The notes: a model not told the origin generated them from the sequence alone. 64,000 nucleotides of DNA from an uncultured delta proteobacterium (GCA_963826785.1 CAWGYD010000004.1:32001-96000); one strand, 5' to 3'. Shown: positions 41,142 to 51,775, counted from the first letter of the stretch. Program-made: numbers and translations.

Positions 41142-41858
41142 ATGAATCAAAACGAATTTGTCCACCTCGGGGAAAAAGAACCCTTCTGCTTCCGGTGCGA
41201 CAGCGAGATTCCCTGCTTTAACGACTGTTGCCGGGATTTAAACCAGTTTCTATCCCCCTATGATATCCTGCGGCTTAAAACCGGCCTCGGCCTGGATTCC
41301 ACCCGTTTTTTGGATCAGTATGTCCGCATCCATATCGGCCCCCGGACCGGACTGCCCGTGGCGTCGCTGAAACCGGCTGATCCAGTTTTCCGGAAATGTC
41401 CGTTTGTCACCCCTTCCGGCTGCCGCGTATATGCGGACCGGCCCGGGTCCTGCCGGATGTATCCCCTGGTGCGGGTGGCTGCCCGGGACCGGGTCAGCGG
41501 GACCGTACGGGAACGCTATATGCTTTTGCAGGAAGAACATTGCGCCGGATTCGACCGGGGCGGTCATCGGATGGTCGATGAATGGGTCCGCAATCAGGGA
41601 TTGGCGCCCTACAATGATTTCAATGACCGGATGACGGACATTATCAGCCTGAACAACCAGCGGGCTTCCGGGCCGCTTTCCGAGTATCTGAAAGACATGT
41701 TCGTGCTTTGCCTCTATGATGTGGATCGATTCCGGCGCTTGATTTCCGAGCAGCCGGAGCGCTATAAGACAGGCGATATGATGCCCGCTGCAGGAGATGA
41801 CCTGGAAGTGCTCGATTTCGGATTTTCCCTGATGACCCATCTTCTGAGCCGGGCCTGA
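41142..41858 (+). CDS. YkgJ-family cysteine cluster protein
   Basis: CFNDCC, CPF....C.VY.DRP.SCRMYP motifs. Confidence 0.9.
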   Translation: MNQNEFVHLGEKEPFCFRCDSEIPCFNDCCRDLNQFLSPYDILRLKTGLGLDSTRFLDQYVRIHIGPRTGLPVASLKPADPVFRKCPFVTPSGCRVYADRPGSCRMYPLVRVAARDRVSGTVRERYMLLQEEHCAGFDRGGHRMVDEWVRNQGLAPYNDFNDRMTDIISLNNQRASGPLSEYLKDMFVLCLYDVDRFRRLISEQPERYKTGDMMPAAGDDLEVLDFGFSLMTHLLSRA

Positions 41859-41875
41859 CCCGAAGGATACGTGCA

Positions 41876-42700
41876 TTGAATTTAGAAGGCAAAGTGGCTC
41901 TGGTGCTGGGCGCCATTCGGGGAATCGGTCGTTCAATTGCCCTGGCCCTGCTGGAAGAGGGGGTGCGGGTGGCCGCCAGCTACTTTGACTGGGAGGCGCA
42001 TCTGCCCCAAATGCAGGAGGCCTTTGCCCGCACCGGAACAGACCATCTGATCGCCGCAGCCGACCTGCGGGAGCAGGGGCAGGTGGCCGCGCTGGTCAAC
42101 CAGGTGATCGACCGCTTCGGCCGGATCGATATTCTGGTCAACAACATCGAGCGGGGCGGGTGGCCGGTGGTGCATGGCGCCTATACACCGGCCCAGTGGA
42201 ACCTGGAAATGGAAACCACCCTGCGGGCCAAGCACTGGGCCTTTGAGAGCGCCATTCCCCATCTTAAGGCCGCGAAGGACGCCTGCGTGATCAACCTGTC
42301 TTCCATCGCCGCCCTGGTGGGACGTTCCGGGCCGGCCGGCGTTGTGTTCAACGACGGGTATGCCGCCGCCAGCCGAGGGGTCTCGGCATTGACCGAGACC
42401 TGGGCGCGGGTGGGTGCCCCGGAAGTCCGGGTAAACGAGATCATGCTCGGCTTTTTCGAAACCCGGCATGCAGAATCCACCCGTGGCTGGGGAATGCTGA
42501 CAGAAGATCAGCGGCAGGCCATCCTGGACCACACCCTGATGGGGCGAACCGGAACAATTGACGATGTGGTCCGGATGACGCTGTTTCTGATCAAGGAGGC
42601 GGCATTCATGACCGGATCCGTCATCCGTCTGGACGGCGGGTATGTGCTGGGCGGCGACCGGACCGGGCCCCTGCCCGAAGGGGTGGAAAAAATATATTGA
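41876..42700 (+). CDS. SDR-family oxidoreductase
   Basis: GAIRGIG, DILVNN, NLSS and TGSVIRLDGG motifs; the YxxxK lysine appears replaced (YAAAS). Confidence 0.88.
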   Translation: MNLEGKVALVLGAIRGIGRSIALALLEEGVRVAASYFDWEAHLPQMQEAFARTGTDHLIAAADLREQGQVAALVNQVIDRFGRIDILVNNIERGGWPVVHGAYTPAQWNLEMETTLRAKHWAFESAIPHLKAAKDACVINLSSIAALVGRSGPAGVVFNDGYAAASRGVSALTETWARVGAPEVRVNEIMLGFFETRHAESTRGWGMLTEDQRQAILDHTLMGRTGTIDDVVRMTLFLIKEAAFMTGSVIRLDGGYVLGGDRTGPLPEGVEKIY

Positions 42701-42924
42701 GGGGATGTTTGAATTTAAGGTCCAATGGATTGGAGTGACGAAGGTTTACTTCCTGTTCAACATGGGACCTGTATGAAGGCGCAAAGTCTCTGCGCCGTGT
42801 CATCCAACCTTAAAGGCGTCATCCATCGCCGGTTTTTCAGAAATACTGCGTTGATAAGCCGGATGCAATGCGTATATTGAACTTTCTTTTATCCGCCATA
42901 TAAACAACGAGGAGAACATATTAA

Positions 42925-43734
42925 ATGGATTTACCCGATCAGGCCATGGCGAGCATCTCGCCGGTTCAGCTAAGCGACGAAAGCCGATTCGAATTCAAAT
43001 GCCACAAGGGGCTGTCCTGTTTTACCAAATGCTGCCGGGGGATCGATATCATGCTGACCCCCTATGACATTGTCCGTCTGAAAAACCGGTTGCAGATGCC
43101 GTCCGATGAATTTCTGGCCATCTACACCCAGCCGCATCTGCTGGAAAAGACCGACCTGCCGGTGGTGACCCTAAAACTGCTGGATGATGATGAAAATTCA
43201 TGCCCATTTGTAAGAGACGACGGATGCATCGTCTATGAGGACCGGCCCACCACCTGTCGATATTATCCGCTGGGCGTGGCCTCCCTGAGCTATAAGGATC
43301 AGATGGACAAGGGGTTTTATTTTTTCGTGAACGAACCCCACTGCCTGGGGTTTACGGAAAAACAGCCCTGGACGGTGCGCGAATGGCGCCAGGACCAGGG
43401 GGTGGATGTCCGGGATGAAATCAATGCGCAATGGACCGATCTGATCGTCCGGAAGCGATCCATTCCGGCCAATATCCGGCTGACGGAAAAGACGAAGAAC
43501 ATGTTTTTCACCGCCAGCTATGATATCGACCGGTTCCGTCGATTCGTCTTCGAAAGCTCCTTTCTCAAGCTTTACGATATCGATGAAAAAACGCGGAAAG
43601 AAATCGCATCAGACGAAATCGCCCTGCTCCGGTTCAGTTTCCGATGGCTCAACTGGCTGTTGTACAAGGCCGGGGATTTCAAAATGAACGACCAGGAAGC
43701 AGCCCTCCGGAAAGAGCGGTCGAGAGCGGAATAA
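42925..43734 (+). CDS. YkgJ-family cysteine cluster protein
   Basis: CFTKCC, CPF....CIVYEDRPTTCRYYP; paralogue of 41142-41858. Confidence 0.9.
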   Translation: MDLPDQAMASISPVQLSDESRFEFKCHKGLSCFTKCCRGIDIMLTPYDIVRLKNRLQMPSDEFLAIYTQPHLLEKTDLPVVTLKLLDDDENSCPFVRDDGCIVYEDRPTTCRYYPLGVASLSYKDQMDKGFYFFVNEPHCLGFTEKQPWTVREWRQDQGVDVRDEINAQWTDLIVRKRSIPANIRLTEKTKNMFFTASYDIDRFRRFVFESSFLKLYDIDEKTRKEIASDEIALLRFSFRWLNWLLYKAGDFKMNDQEAALRKERSRAE

Positions 43735-43805
43735 AGGGTGTGCGGCTGTACCATCGATCGTTTGCCGCTGATGCCGCACGGTTTGTGCGCATCAGTGGCA
43801 GTTGA

Positions 43806-44843
43806 TCAGTAGTCCGGGTATGCCAGATTTTCCCAGTTGGCGGGGGTATTGAGCCGCTTTTCGATGTCGATGCCGAAGAAATCAGCGGCCGGTGTCAGTA
43901 TGCCAGGATCGGCGGCATGCACCCGGCGCAGCGCATCGAGGATGGTGTCGATGCCGTTTGCGGTCATTTTTCCCAGGGGCTGCCGGCAGGCGCCGGAGGG
44001 CATGCCCATGATCCGCATCAGGGTCTTGACCGGCAGGGGATTTCGCGCCCGGCAGGCCACCTCTCCAAACGGGGTATTCTCGCGGGTTTTGACCGTCACC
44101 AGGTCAAACAGCGGGGCCATGGCCATAGCGATTTTTTCAGCGTCTGCGGCATTCCCGCTGATCAGCAGATTCACCATCTCCGCAACGGCTTTCGGCGCGA
44201 TGTTGGACATGACCGAAATCACACCGGCGGCATTGATGCCCGGATCGGTCATCATCTTAAAGGTGATGGCGTCATCTCCGGACAGGATGGTAAAATCCGG
44301 CCCGCAGCAGGTCCGGGTTCGCCGCATGTTGTCCATGTTGCCGGTGGCTTCCTTCACCGCAGAGACATTGTCAAACTGATCCGCCAGGAGGGCCAGGTCC
44401 TCGGGAAGCAGCTGGGCGCCGGTCCGGCCGGGGATCACGTAGGGGATCACCGGGGTGTCGGGGAAACGACTGGCCACCGGCGAGATGTATTCCCTGCGGA
44501 TCTCCAGGGAACTGGGTCCATTATAATACGGATCCACCAGGAGGATGCCGTCGATGCCGGATTTGACCGCCTGGGCGGTTGCAGCCAGGGTTTCGGCCGT
44601 GTTGTTGCTTCCGGTGCCGGCGATGCACATACACCGGCCCCGGGTTTTGGCCGCGATCTCGGAAATCACCCGATGGTGTTCCTCCCAATTGAGGGTAGGG
44701 CTCTCCCCGGTGGTGCCCACCGCCAGTATTCCGGTGATCTGATTTTCCATCTGGAAGTGCACCAGCTTTTCCAGTCCGGCGTAATCAACGGCACCTTCCC
44801 CGGTAAAAGGCGTGATCAGTGCGGTGTAACATCCGGCTTGCAT
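43806..44843 (-). CDS. dapA: 4-hydroxy-tetrahydrodipicolinate synthase
   Basis: GTTGES, GTGSNNT, PYYN, VKEATG and LSGDD motifs. Confidence 0.93.
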   Translation of the reverse strand: MQAGCYTALITPFTGEGAVDYAGLEKLVHFQMENQITGILAVGTTGESPTLNWEEHHRVISEIAAKTRGRCMCIAGTGSNNTAETLAATAQAVKSGIDGILLVDPYYNGPSSLEIRREYISPVASRFPDTPVIPYVIPGRTGAQLLPEDLALLADQFDNVSAVKEATGNMDNMRRTRTCCGPDFTILSGDDAITFKMMTDPGINAAGVISVMSNIAPKAVAEMVNLLISGNAADAEKIAMAMAPLFDLVTVKTRENTPFGEVACRARNPLPVKTLMRIMGMPSGACRQPLGKMTANGIDTILDALRRVHAADPGILTPAADFFGIDIEKRLNTPANWENLAYPDY

Positions 44844-45006
44844 AAATCCTCCTCTTCATTTCGCATTTGCGCAAATTTTCCTTAAATTACTAAGGAAAAG
44901 GACGTATGTTGTCAATTAAAAAACCAGGAATACCGGCTTTTTCGATCAATCACGCCCGGCGGCCCATCCGGTATCCGGAACATCGCAGCGGCCTCCCCGA
45001 TTTTCC

Positions 45007-45035
45007 TTGACATTGGGGGTGCCCTTTTTTAATTT
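45007..45035 (+). promoter_or_regulatory. sigma70 promoter of the TPR gene
   Basis: TTGACA-17bp-TAATTT. Confidence 0.65.
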
Positions 45036-45078
45036 TGTTTTTTTTAAATGACTTGAACCTTAATCGAAGGATAAGAAT

Positions 45079-45699
45079 ATGTCAGAATCCAGAAGCCTGG
45101 AAGAATATATCGCTGTTCAGAGACATGCGATTTCCCAGAATCCCGACTGCGGCATGACCCATTACAATCTGGCCACCGCACTGCTGAACCAGCGGAAATA
45201 TGATGAGGCCGAAGCTGAATTCAAAGAGGCCATCGGGTGCAGTCCGAACCTTGCCGAAGCCTATGTTCAGCTGGGCGGAATCTGCCTTCAGCGCGGTGAC
45301 CTGGAGGGATGCCTGAAATACAATGAGCAGAGCATCCATGCCCGCCCCCGGTTTGCCGAAGGATACGGCAACATCGGATTTGTCCATCTGCAGATGGGCA
45401 ACGTGGAAAAGGCCATTGAATACCTGATCAAGGCCGTCAAATTCAATGAGATATACATCCAGGCCTATGCCACCCTGGCCAATGCCTACCTGTTTGACGG
45501 CCAGGTGGACAAGAGCATCGAAACCAACCTCAAGGTTCTTGAAATCGATTCGAATTTTGCTGTGGCCCATCACAACCTGGCCATCGGCTATATGGAGAAA
45601 AAGGATGCCGCCGCAGCACGAATTCATTGCAAAAAAGCGCAGGAGCTGGGCTATGCGGTGCCCGCCGAAATCATCGAGGAAATTGAGCGGATGGAATAA
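45079..45699 (+). CDS. Tetratricopeptide repeat protein
   Basis: Repeated 34-aa helical units (HYNLA, AYVQLG, GYGNIG, AYATLA, AHHNLA). Confidence 0.92.
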   Translation: MSESRSLEEYIAVQRHAISQNPDCGMTHYNLATALLNQRKYDEAEAEFKEAIGCSPNLAEAYVQLGGICLQRGDLEGCLKYNEQSIHARPRFAEGYGNIGFVHLQMGNVEKAIEYLIKAVKFNEIYIQAYATLANAYLFDGQVDKSIETNLKVLEIDSNFAVAHHNLAIGYMEKKDAAAARIHCKKAQELGYAVPAEIIEEIERME

Positions 45700-45784
45700 T
45701 GACGGATGGGCAAGCGCCTGTGTCAAGCCGCGCCCGTTTTCGCCCGGAAGATGTTTCCGGTGCGGTAACTGAATATGAATTCTG

Positions 45785-45813
45785 TTGACAAAGACCGACA
45801 TTGATTTTATAAA
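45785..45813 (+). promoter_or_regulatory. Candidate sigma70 promoter of the dsr operon
   Basis: TTGACA-17bp-TATAAA, about 130 nt upstream of dsrA. Confidence 0.65.
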
Positions 45814-45946
45814 ATCTTTTTCCTGTTCTTGTAAATGGGTACATCTGTTCAGGATTTCTTGCGACAGCAAGCAGATATATGCACCAGATCACATCATGTG
45901 AAAATGACGGGTAGATCTAATTTCTTAATTTAAAGGGAGGTAAACA

Positions 45947-47266
45947 ATGGCGAAACACAAAACCCCCTTGCTGGACCAGCTGGAGAGCGGTCCGTGGCCG
46001 AGCTTTGTGTCCGACATGAAGCAGGAAGCCGCAGCAAGGGCAAAGAATGAGAAGAATGTTGAATATCAGGTCCCTGTTGATGTTGTCGATGACCTGCTGG
46101 GTGTGCTTGAGCTTTCTTACAAGGACGGCACCACCCATTGGAAGCACGGCGGTATCGTGGGCGTGTTCGGTTACGGCGGCGGCGTTATCGGCCGCTACTG
46201 CGACCAGCCGGAGCAGTTCCCCGGCGTGGCCCATTTCCACACCATCCGGGTCAACCAGCCGGCGGCAAAATTTTACACCACCGAATACCTGAAGCAGCTC
46301 TGCGACCTCTGGGAATTCCGGGGCAGCGGGCTGACCAACATGCACGGCTCCACCGGGGACATCATCCTCCTGGGAACCCAGACCAAGCAGCTGGAAGAAA
46401 TTTTTTATGAGTTGACCCACACGTACAATCAGGATCTGGGCGGCTCCGGCTCCAACCTGCGGACCCCAGCCGACTGTATCGGCGAAGCCCGCTGCGAATA
46501 CGCCTGCTACGATACCCAGGATCTGTGCCATACCCTGACCAACGAATACCAGGATGAACTCCACCGTCCGGCATTCCCCTACAAGTTCAAGTTCAAGTTC
46601 GATGGATGCCCCAACTGCTGCGTGGCCTCCATCGCCCGGTCAGACATGTCCTTCATCGGTACATGGAAGGATGAGATCCGGATCGATCAGGACGCGGTGC
46701 AGGGCTACGTAAACGGCGAATTCAAGCCCAACGCCGGCGCCCACTCGGGCCGCGACTGGGGTGCGTTCGACATCCAGAAGGAAGTCATCGGCCTTTGCCC
46801 CACCGAGTGCATGAAGTACGAAAATGGCAAGCTGGAGATCAACAACAAGGAATGCACCCGCTGCATGCACTGCATCAACGCGATGCCCCGCGCCCTGCGC
46901 CCGGGCAAGCAGAAAGGTCTTTCCATCCTCTGCGGCGCCAAAGCCCCCATCCTGGACGGCGCTCAGATGGGATCGCTGGTGGTTCCCTTTGTTGAAGTCA
47001 ACAAGGAAAGCGGCTATCAGGAAATCAAGGACGTCATCGAAGCCGTATGGGACTACTGGATGGAAGAAGGCAAGAACCGCGAGCGTCTGGGCGAACTGAT
47101 GAAGCGCCAGGGATTCCAGAAACTTCTGGAAGCCACGGGCATTCAGCCGATGCCGCAGCACGTGCAGGAACCGCGGCATAACCCGTACATCTTCTGGAAG
47201 GAAGACGAGGTCGAAGGCGGCTGGGAGCGGGATGTGAACGAATTCAGAAAACATCATCAGCGATAA
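45947..47266 (+). CDS. dsrA: Dissimilatory sulfite reductase alpha subunit
   Basis: TPLLDQLESGPWPSFV, THWKHGG, FPYKFKFKFDGCPNCC and CTRCMHCIN motifs. Confidence 0.99.
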   Translation: MAKHKTPLLDQLESGPWPSFVSDMKQEAAARAKNEKNVEYQVPVDVVDDLLGVLELSYKDGTTHWKHGGIVGVFGYGGGVIGRYCDQPEQFPGVAHFHTIRVNQPAAKFYTTEYLKQLCDLWEFRGSGLTNMHGSTGDIILLGTQTKQLEEIFYELTHTYNQDLGGSGSNLRTPADCIGEARCEYACYDTQDLCHTLTNEYQDELHRPAFPYKFKFKFDGCPNCCVASIARSDMSFIGTWKDEIRIDQDAVQGYVNGEFKPNAGAHSGRDWGAFDIQKEVIGLCPTECMKYENGKLEINNKECTRCMHCINAMPRALRPGKQKGLSILCGAKAPILDGAQMGSLVVPFVEVNKESGYQEIKDVIEAVWDYWMEEGKNRERLGELMKRQGFQKLLEATGIQPMPQHVQEPRHNPYIFWKEDEVEGGWERDVNEFRKHHQR

Positions 47267-47281
47267 TAGGGGGTTAATATA

Positions 47282-48428
47282 ATGGCTTTTATATCTTCTG
47301 GTTATAATCCGGAAAAACCGATGGAGGACCGGATTACCGACATCGGTCCGAGAAGTTTTGAGGAGTTTTATCCTCCGGTCATCAAGAACAACAAGGGAAA
47401 ATGGTTGTACCATGAAATCCTGAAACCAGGGGTACTGGTCCATGTTTCCGAGACCGGCGAAGAAGTTTATACCGTAAGAGTGCGGCGGCGCCCGTCTGAT
47501 GAGCGTCACCCATATCCGTGAAATCTGCGAAATCGCGGACAAACACTGCGACGGGTATGTCCGGTTCACCACCCGTAACAACATCGAGTTCATGGTGGAC
47601 AGCAAGGACAAGGTCGACCCGCTGGTCAAGGACCTGGAAAGCCGCAAGTTTGACGGCGGCAGTTTCAAGTTCCCCGTGGGCGGCACCGGCGCCGGCATCA
47701 CCAACATCGTTCACACCCAGGGCTGGATTCACTGCCACACCCCGGCCACCGATGCTTCGGGTCCGGTGAAGGCGGCCATGGACGTGCTGTTCGAAGATTT
47801 CCAGAACATGAGAATGCCGGCCCACGTCCGGGTTTCCCTGGCCTGCTGCCTCAACATGTGCGGCGCGGTGCACTGCTCCGATATCGCCATCCTGGGATAT
47901 CACCGCAAACCGCCGATGGTCGACCATGCGTACCTGGACAACATGTGTGAAATTCCGCTGGCCATCGCCGCATGCCCCACCGCAGCCATCAAGCCCAAGA
48001 AGGTCGACGTGGACGGCAAGCAGAAGAACAGCGTGGAAATCAACAGCGAACGGTGCATGTTCTGCGGTAACTGCTACACCATGTGCCCGGCGCTTCCGCT
48101 TTCGGACAAGGAAGGCGACGGCATCGTCATCATGGTCGGCGGCAAGGTTTCCAACCGGATTTCGGCACCGAAATTTTCCAAGGTGGCGGTGGCGTTTATC
48201 CCCAACGAAACCCCGAGATGGCCGAAAACCACCGACACCATCAAGCACATCGTGGAAGCCTACGCCAATGATGCCCGGAAATACGAGCGTCTGGGTGATT
48301 GGGCCGAACGGATCGGCTGGGAAAGATTCTTCGACAAGACCAATCTGGAATTTACCCATCACCTGATCGATGACTTCCGTGATCCGGCCTATTATACCTG
48401 GCGCCAGACCACCAACTTCAAATTCTAA
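47282..48428 (+). CDS. dsrB: Dissimilatory sulfite reductase beta subunit (apparent 1-bp insertion near 47480)
   Basis: [48 protein letters not shown] and CMFCGNC motifs; span is 3n+1. Confidence 0.97.
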
Positions 48429-48496
48429 ATTTATATCAATTCGCGGGGGCACCTCAGGGTGCCCCCGCTCAATGGCAGTTCGAAAAGGATGTCACC

Positions 48497-48736
48497 ATGG
48501 AATACGAAGAGGCGAAACAGAAGGTCATCGATGAGCTGACCAAGAAATCCAAATCAAAGTCCAAATTTTACTTCAATGACCTGTCCAAGATTCTGGAAGC
48601 CAAGCCCCGGGATGCCAAGAAAATTGTCAATCAGATGGTAAGCGAAGGCATCCTGGAATACTGGTCGAGCGGAAGCACCACCATGTACGGTCTGAAGGGC
48701 CAGGGTAAACAGGCTGCCGCCGAACACGAAGAATAA
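48497..48736 (+). CDS. dsrD: Dissimilatory sulfite reductase D
   Basis: KSKFYFND and LEYWSSGSTTMYGLKG motifs; follows dsrB. Confidence 0.97.
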   Translation: MEYEEAKQKVIDELTKKSKSKSKFYFNDLSKILEAKPRDAKKIVNQMVSEGILEYWSSGSTTMYGLKGQGKQAAAEHEE

Positions 48737-48737
48737 C

Positions 48738-48856
48738 GGCATCTTTAAAATCTCATCTACTGCGTTGAAGTTGTTCTCTTTCCAGATTCAGGCGTGCATT
48801 CATGCCTTTGCAAGTCAATGATCACGGCGCATCGTATGTGGGCTTTTAATTCAGCC
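48738..48856. mobile_element. Possible decayed MITE related to 12907-13051
   Basis: Shares tactgcgttg near the left end and a ttttaa-ttcagcc right end with the element at 12907. Confidence 0.35.
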
Positions 48857-48877
48857 CTATTTTCATTATTTTAATTT

Positions 48878-50317
48878 ATGCAGAATGCCCGCATCGATAT
48901 CCCCCGGGTCACCATCGCCGCATTGCGGGGCGGATCCGGAAAGACTGTTCTGTCGATCGGGATCATCGCCGCATTTACCCAGCAGGGTAAAACGGTCGCT
49001 CCCTTCAAGAAGGGCCCTGATTATATAGATGCCGGCTGGCTGGCCCTTGCGGCCGGCCGGCCCTGCTACAATCTGGACACCTTCATGGTGGCGGAACCCG
49101 CCGTCTGCCACTCCTTCATTTCCCATTCCGCCGATGCCGATATTGCCGTTATCGAAGGCAATCGCGGGCTGTACGACGGACTGGATGCCGATGGCACCAC
49201 CAGCACCGCCTCACTTGCCAAACTGATCAATTCGCCCGTTATTTTATGCCTCGACTGCACCAAGTCCACCCGGACCATGGCCGCAGTCGTACTCGGATGC
49301 CTTCATTTTGATCCGGAGGTGACCATCGAGGGGGTTATTTTAAACCGGATCGCGGGCAGCCGTCACGAGCAGGTCCTTCGGGCAAGCATCGAAACCCATT
49401 GCGGTGTAAAGGTGATCGGCGCCGTCCCCAAGTTGAGCGCGGGCGATTTTCCCGAGCGGCATATGGGTCTGATTCCCACCCCCGAGCATCAGCTGGCGAA
49501 CCGGTCGGTGGAAAATGCCGCCAGAATTGTCTCCAATCACGTGGATGTCCCCGAGGTTCTGCGCATTGCCGCCAAATGGGGGAAATCACCCGTTGCCTGC
49601 CCGCCCCGAAGTGATGCCCGCTTTTCCATTTCATCGGATCATGTTCCCGAAAAAAGCGATACCGCAGGCCGTCCCAAAATCGGCGTGATCCGGGATTCCG
49701 CTTTTCAGTTTTACTATCCGGACAATATCGAGGCCATCATCGCCGCCGGCGGAGAGGTCGTCCCGGTGAGTCCGCTGAAGGATCAGGGGCTCCCCGATGT
49801 CGATGCGCTGTATATCGGCGGCGGATTTCCCGAGACGCATGCCCGGATTCTGAGCGAGAACAGCAGATTCCGCAATGAGCTGAAATCCGCGGCGGATAAC
49901 GGAATGCCGATATATGCGGAATGCGGCGGCTTGATGTTTCTGGGAGAATCGCTCGTTTTAGACGAATCGTATCCCATGACCGGCGTCCTGCCGGTGGTGT
50001 TCGGATTTTCCAAAAAGCCCCAGGGCCACGGATATACCATCATCAGCGTGAATCGGGACAACCCGTATTACCGGAAGGGGACCATACTCAAGGGGCACGA
50101 ATTCCATTATTCTCATGTCCTTGAGTGGAAGGGGGATGCCGGGGACCTGGTGTTTACGCTTTCCAAGGGGCGGGGAATTTCCGGAAACCGGGACGGGTTC
50201 TGCCGCAAAAATGTGCTGGCGACCTATTCCCATATCCATGCACTGGGTGTACCCGACTGGGCGGATCGCTTGGTGAAACTGGCCGGAGGGCATGATCCGG
50301 GGGCAAAAGATCAATAA
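48878..50317 (+). CDS. dsrN: Cobyrinate a,c-diamide synthase-like siroheme amidase
   Basis: GGSGKT, FKKGPDYID, EGNRGLYDG, YAECGG and GHEFHYS motifs; the dsrN call rests on its position after dsrD. Confidence 0.88.
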   Translation: MQNARIDIPRVTIAALRGGSGKTVLSIGIIAAFTQQGKTVAPFKKGPDYIDAGWLALAAGRPCYNLDTFMVAEPAVCHSFISHSADADIAVIEGNRGLYDGLDADGTTSTASLAKLINSPVILCLDCTKSTRTMAAVVLGCLHFDPEVTIEGVILNRIAGSRHEQVLRASIETHCGVKVIGAVPKLSAGDFPERHMGLIPTPEHQLANRSVENAARIVSNHVDVPEVLRIAAKWGKSPVACPPRSDARFSISSDHVPEKSDTAGRPKIGVIRDSAFQFYYPDNIEAIIAAGGEVVPVSPLKDQGLPDVDALYIGGGFPETHARILSENSRFRNELKSAADNGMPIYAECGGLMFLGESLVLDESYPMTGVLPVVFGFSKKPQGHGYTIISVNRDNPYYRKGTILKGHEFHYSHVLEWKGDAGDLVFTLSKGRGISGNRDGFCRKNVLATYSHIHALGVPDWADRLVKLAGGHDPGAKDQ

Positions 50318-50344
50318 CTGACGGGTCTCATGTGATCAAAAGAA

Positions 50345-50382
50345 AAAGCCGGACGCACGATGTTTCTCGCGCGTCCGGCTTT
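50345..50382. terminator. Bidirectional intrinsic terminator
   Basis: aaagccggacgc / gcgtccggcttt stem between convergent genes. Confidence 0.75.
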
Positions 50383-50408
50383 GCTGTTTTAATGGAAGTT
50401 ACGGCTCG

Positions 50409-50921
50409 TTATTTTTCCGGTTTGGGGTGGCATTCGGTGCACTTGACCGGCCCCTTTTTCATTTCCTTGTGGCATCCCACGCAGTTTTCATGGATGGCGC
50501 CGTAATAATATTCCAATTGAATCGACTTCCAGTCTTCCGGAGAAACACCCGGCTCCCGTTTGGGTTTTCCGGGTTCGCTGTGGCAGTCCGTGCATTTTTC
50601 CACCGGATCACCGGGTTTGAGGCCGGTCAGCGGTTTACCGTCTGCATCGTGGTGGCAGTCCCCGCAACCAAGGCCGTACCCCTCGGGCTTTGGGGCATAG
50701 TGTTTTTCATGATGGAACGTCACAATCCCCATTTTGTGCTGTTCGAACATGTCCGTGTTTTTCATCTCAATGACCGCGCTCGGCAGGGCGGCGTCGCCGG
50801 ATGCGGCGGCGGATTCTCCGGCGGGCTTCTGGCCTTCTTCTTGCGCGTTGATGGCCGCTGCAAAACAGAACAGAGCAAAAACTGCAAGCGCCAGCAGTAA
50901 GAGTTTCCGTTTTGATGTCAT
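50409..50921 (-). CDS. Periplasmic tetraheme cytochrome c3 (class III)
   Basis: Signal peptide; FHHEKH, CGDCHH, CTDCH, CVGCH and CTECH motifs. Confidence 0.93.
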   Translation of the reverse strand: MTSKRKLLLLALAVFALFCFAAAINAQEEGQKPAGESAAASGDAALPSAVIEMKNTDMFEQHKMGIVTFHHEKHYAPKPEGYGLGCGDCHHDADGKPLTGLKPGDPVEKCTDCHSEPGKPKREPGVSPEDWKSIQLEYYYGAIHENCVGCHKEMKKGPVKCTECHPKPEK

Positions 50922-51061
50922 TTCAAATACCTCCCTTCGTTGATGTTTATATGAATGAATGTTTCAATAATTAGCATGTTGTCTTCAAACGGAAAAAATA
51001 CCAGCAAAGAATTGCTTTGTCAAAAAAAAACAAAAATATTTATGATCCGGTCATTTCATTC

Positions 51062-51502
51062 TTAATGCTTGATAATCTCGGGCCTGGAGTTTTTTAGATG
51101 ATCCCGGATATCCATAATGAAGGGATTGACAAAACGGCTTCTCCAGGAAGGGGCGATTTCATATATGAAATTGAATTCATAAAGGGCTTTGTGCCACTGC
51201 CGTTTCCGATAATATGCCTGCCCCAGATACCAGTGGGCAAAGAGTTCTCCCGGGTATTGACTGATGCGCTCCTGGGCCAGTTCGACCATGCCGTCAAGAT
51301 CATTGACATTGAGCAGATGGCGGGCCTTGAACTTGAATTCATTGGCCGACTCCTCCGATCTGAACGCTTTTCGCATATCGACAAACAGGTAGATGATCAC
51401 TCCCAACCCGAAGCTGATGACGGCCAGCATTAGGAAGATAAGCCATTTGACATGGACCATCTGGCCGGTCAGCATGTTCATTGAAGTCTGCAACGGGTCC
51501 AT
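51062..51502 (-). CDS. Membrane-anchored TPR-like protein
   Basis: N-terminal TM helix followed by an AHWYLGQAYY TPR-like unit. Confidence 0.75.
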   Translation of the reverse strand: MDPLQTSMNMLTGQMVHVKWLIFLMLAVISFGLGVIIYLFVDMRKAFRSEESANEFKFKARHLLNVNDLDGMVELAQERISQYPGELFAHWYLGQAYYRKRQWHKALYEFNFIYEIAPSWRSRFVNPFIMDIRDHLKNSRPEIIKH

Positions 51503-51775
51503 AGGGTATCAAAATCCTCGCATCTGAGATCTATAATTATGGATTGAGGTGCTATTTCGTTCCGCTCAACATTATCAGCATCCACGGCGGCCAAATCAAA
51601 TCGAGATCCCTTCAAGGTCGATCCTTTAATGAAATTTCCGGGATTTATCCCGCCGATGAAATTTTTTTCAGACCATGGGAGGGATTTATTTTGGAAAAAA
51701 TCTCAGTGTAAAATAAAATGATGCCGAAAACCGGCGCTTTCCTGATAACCGAAAAAGGGATTGCAAAAAATTCTT

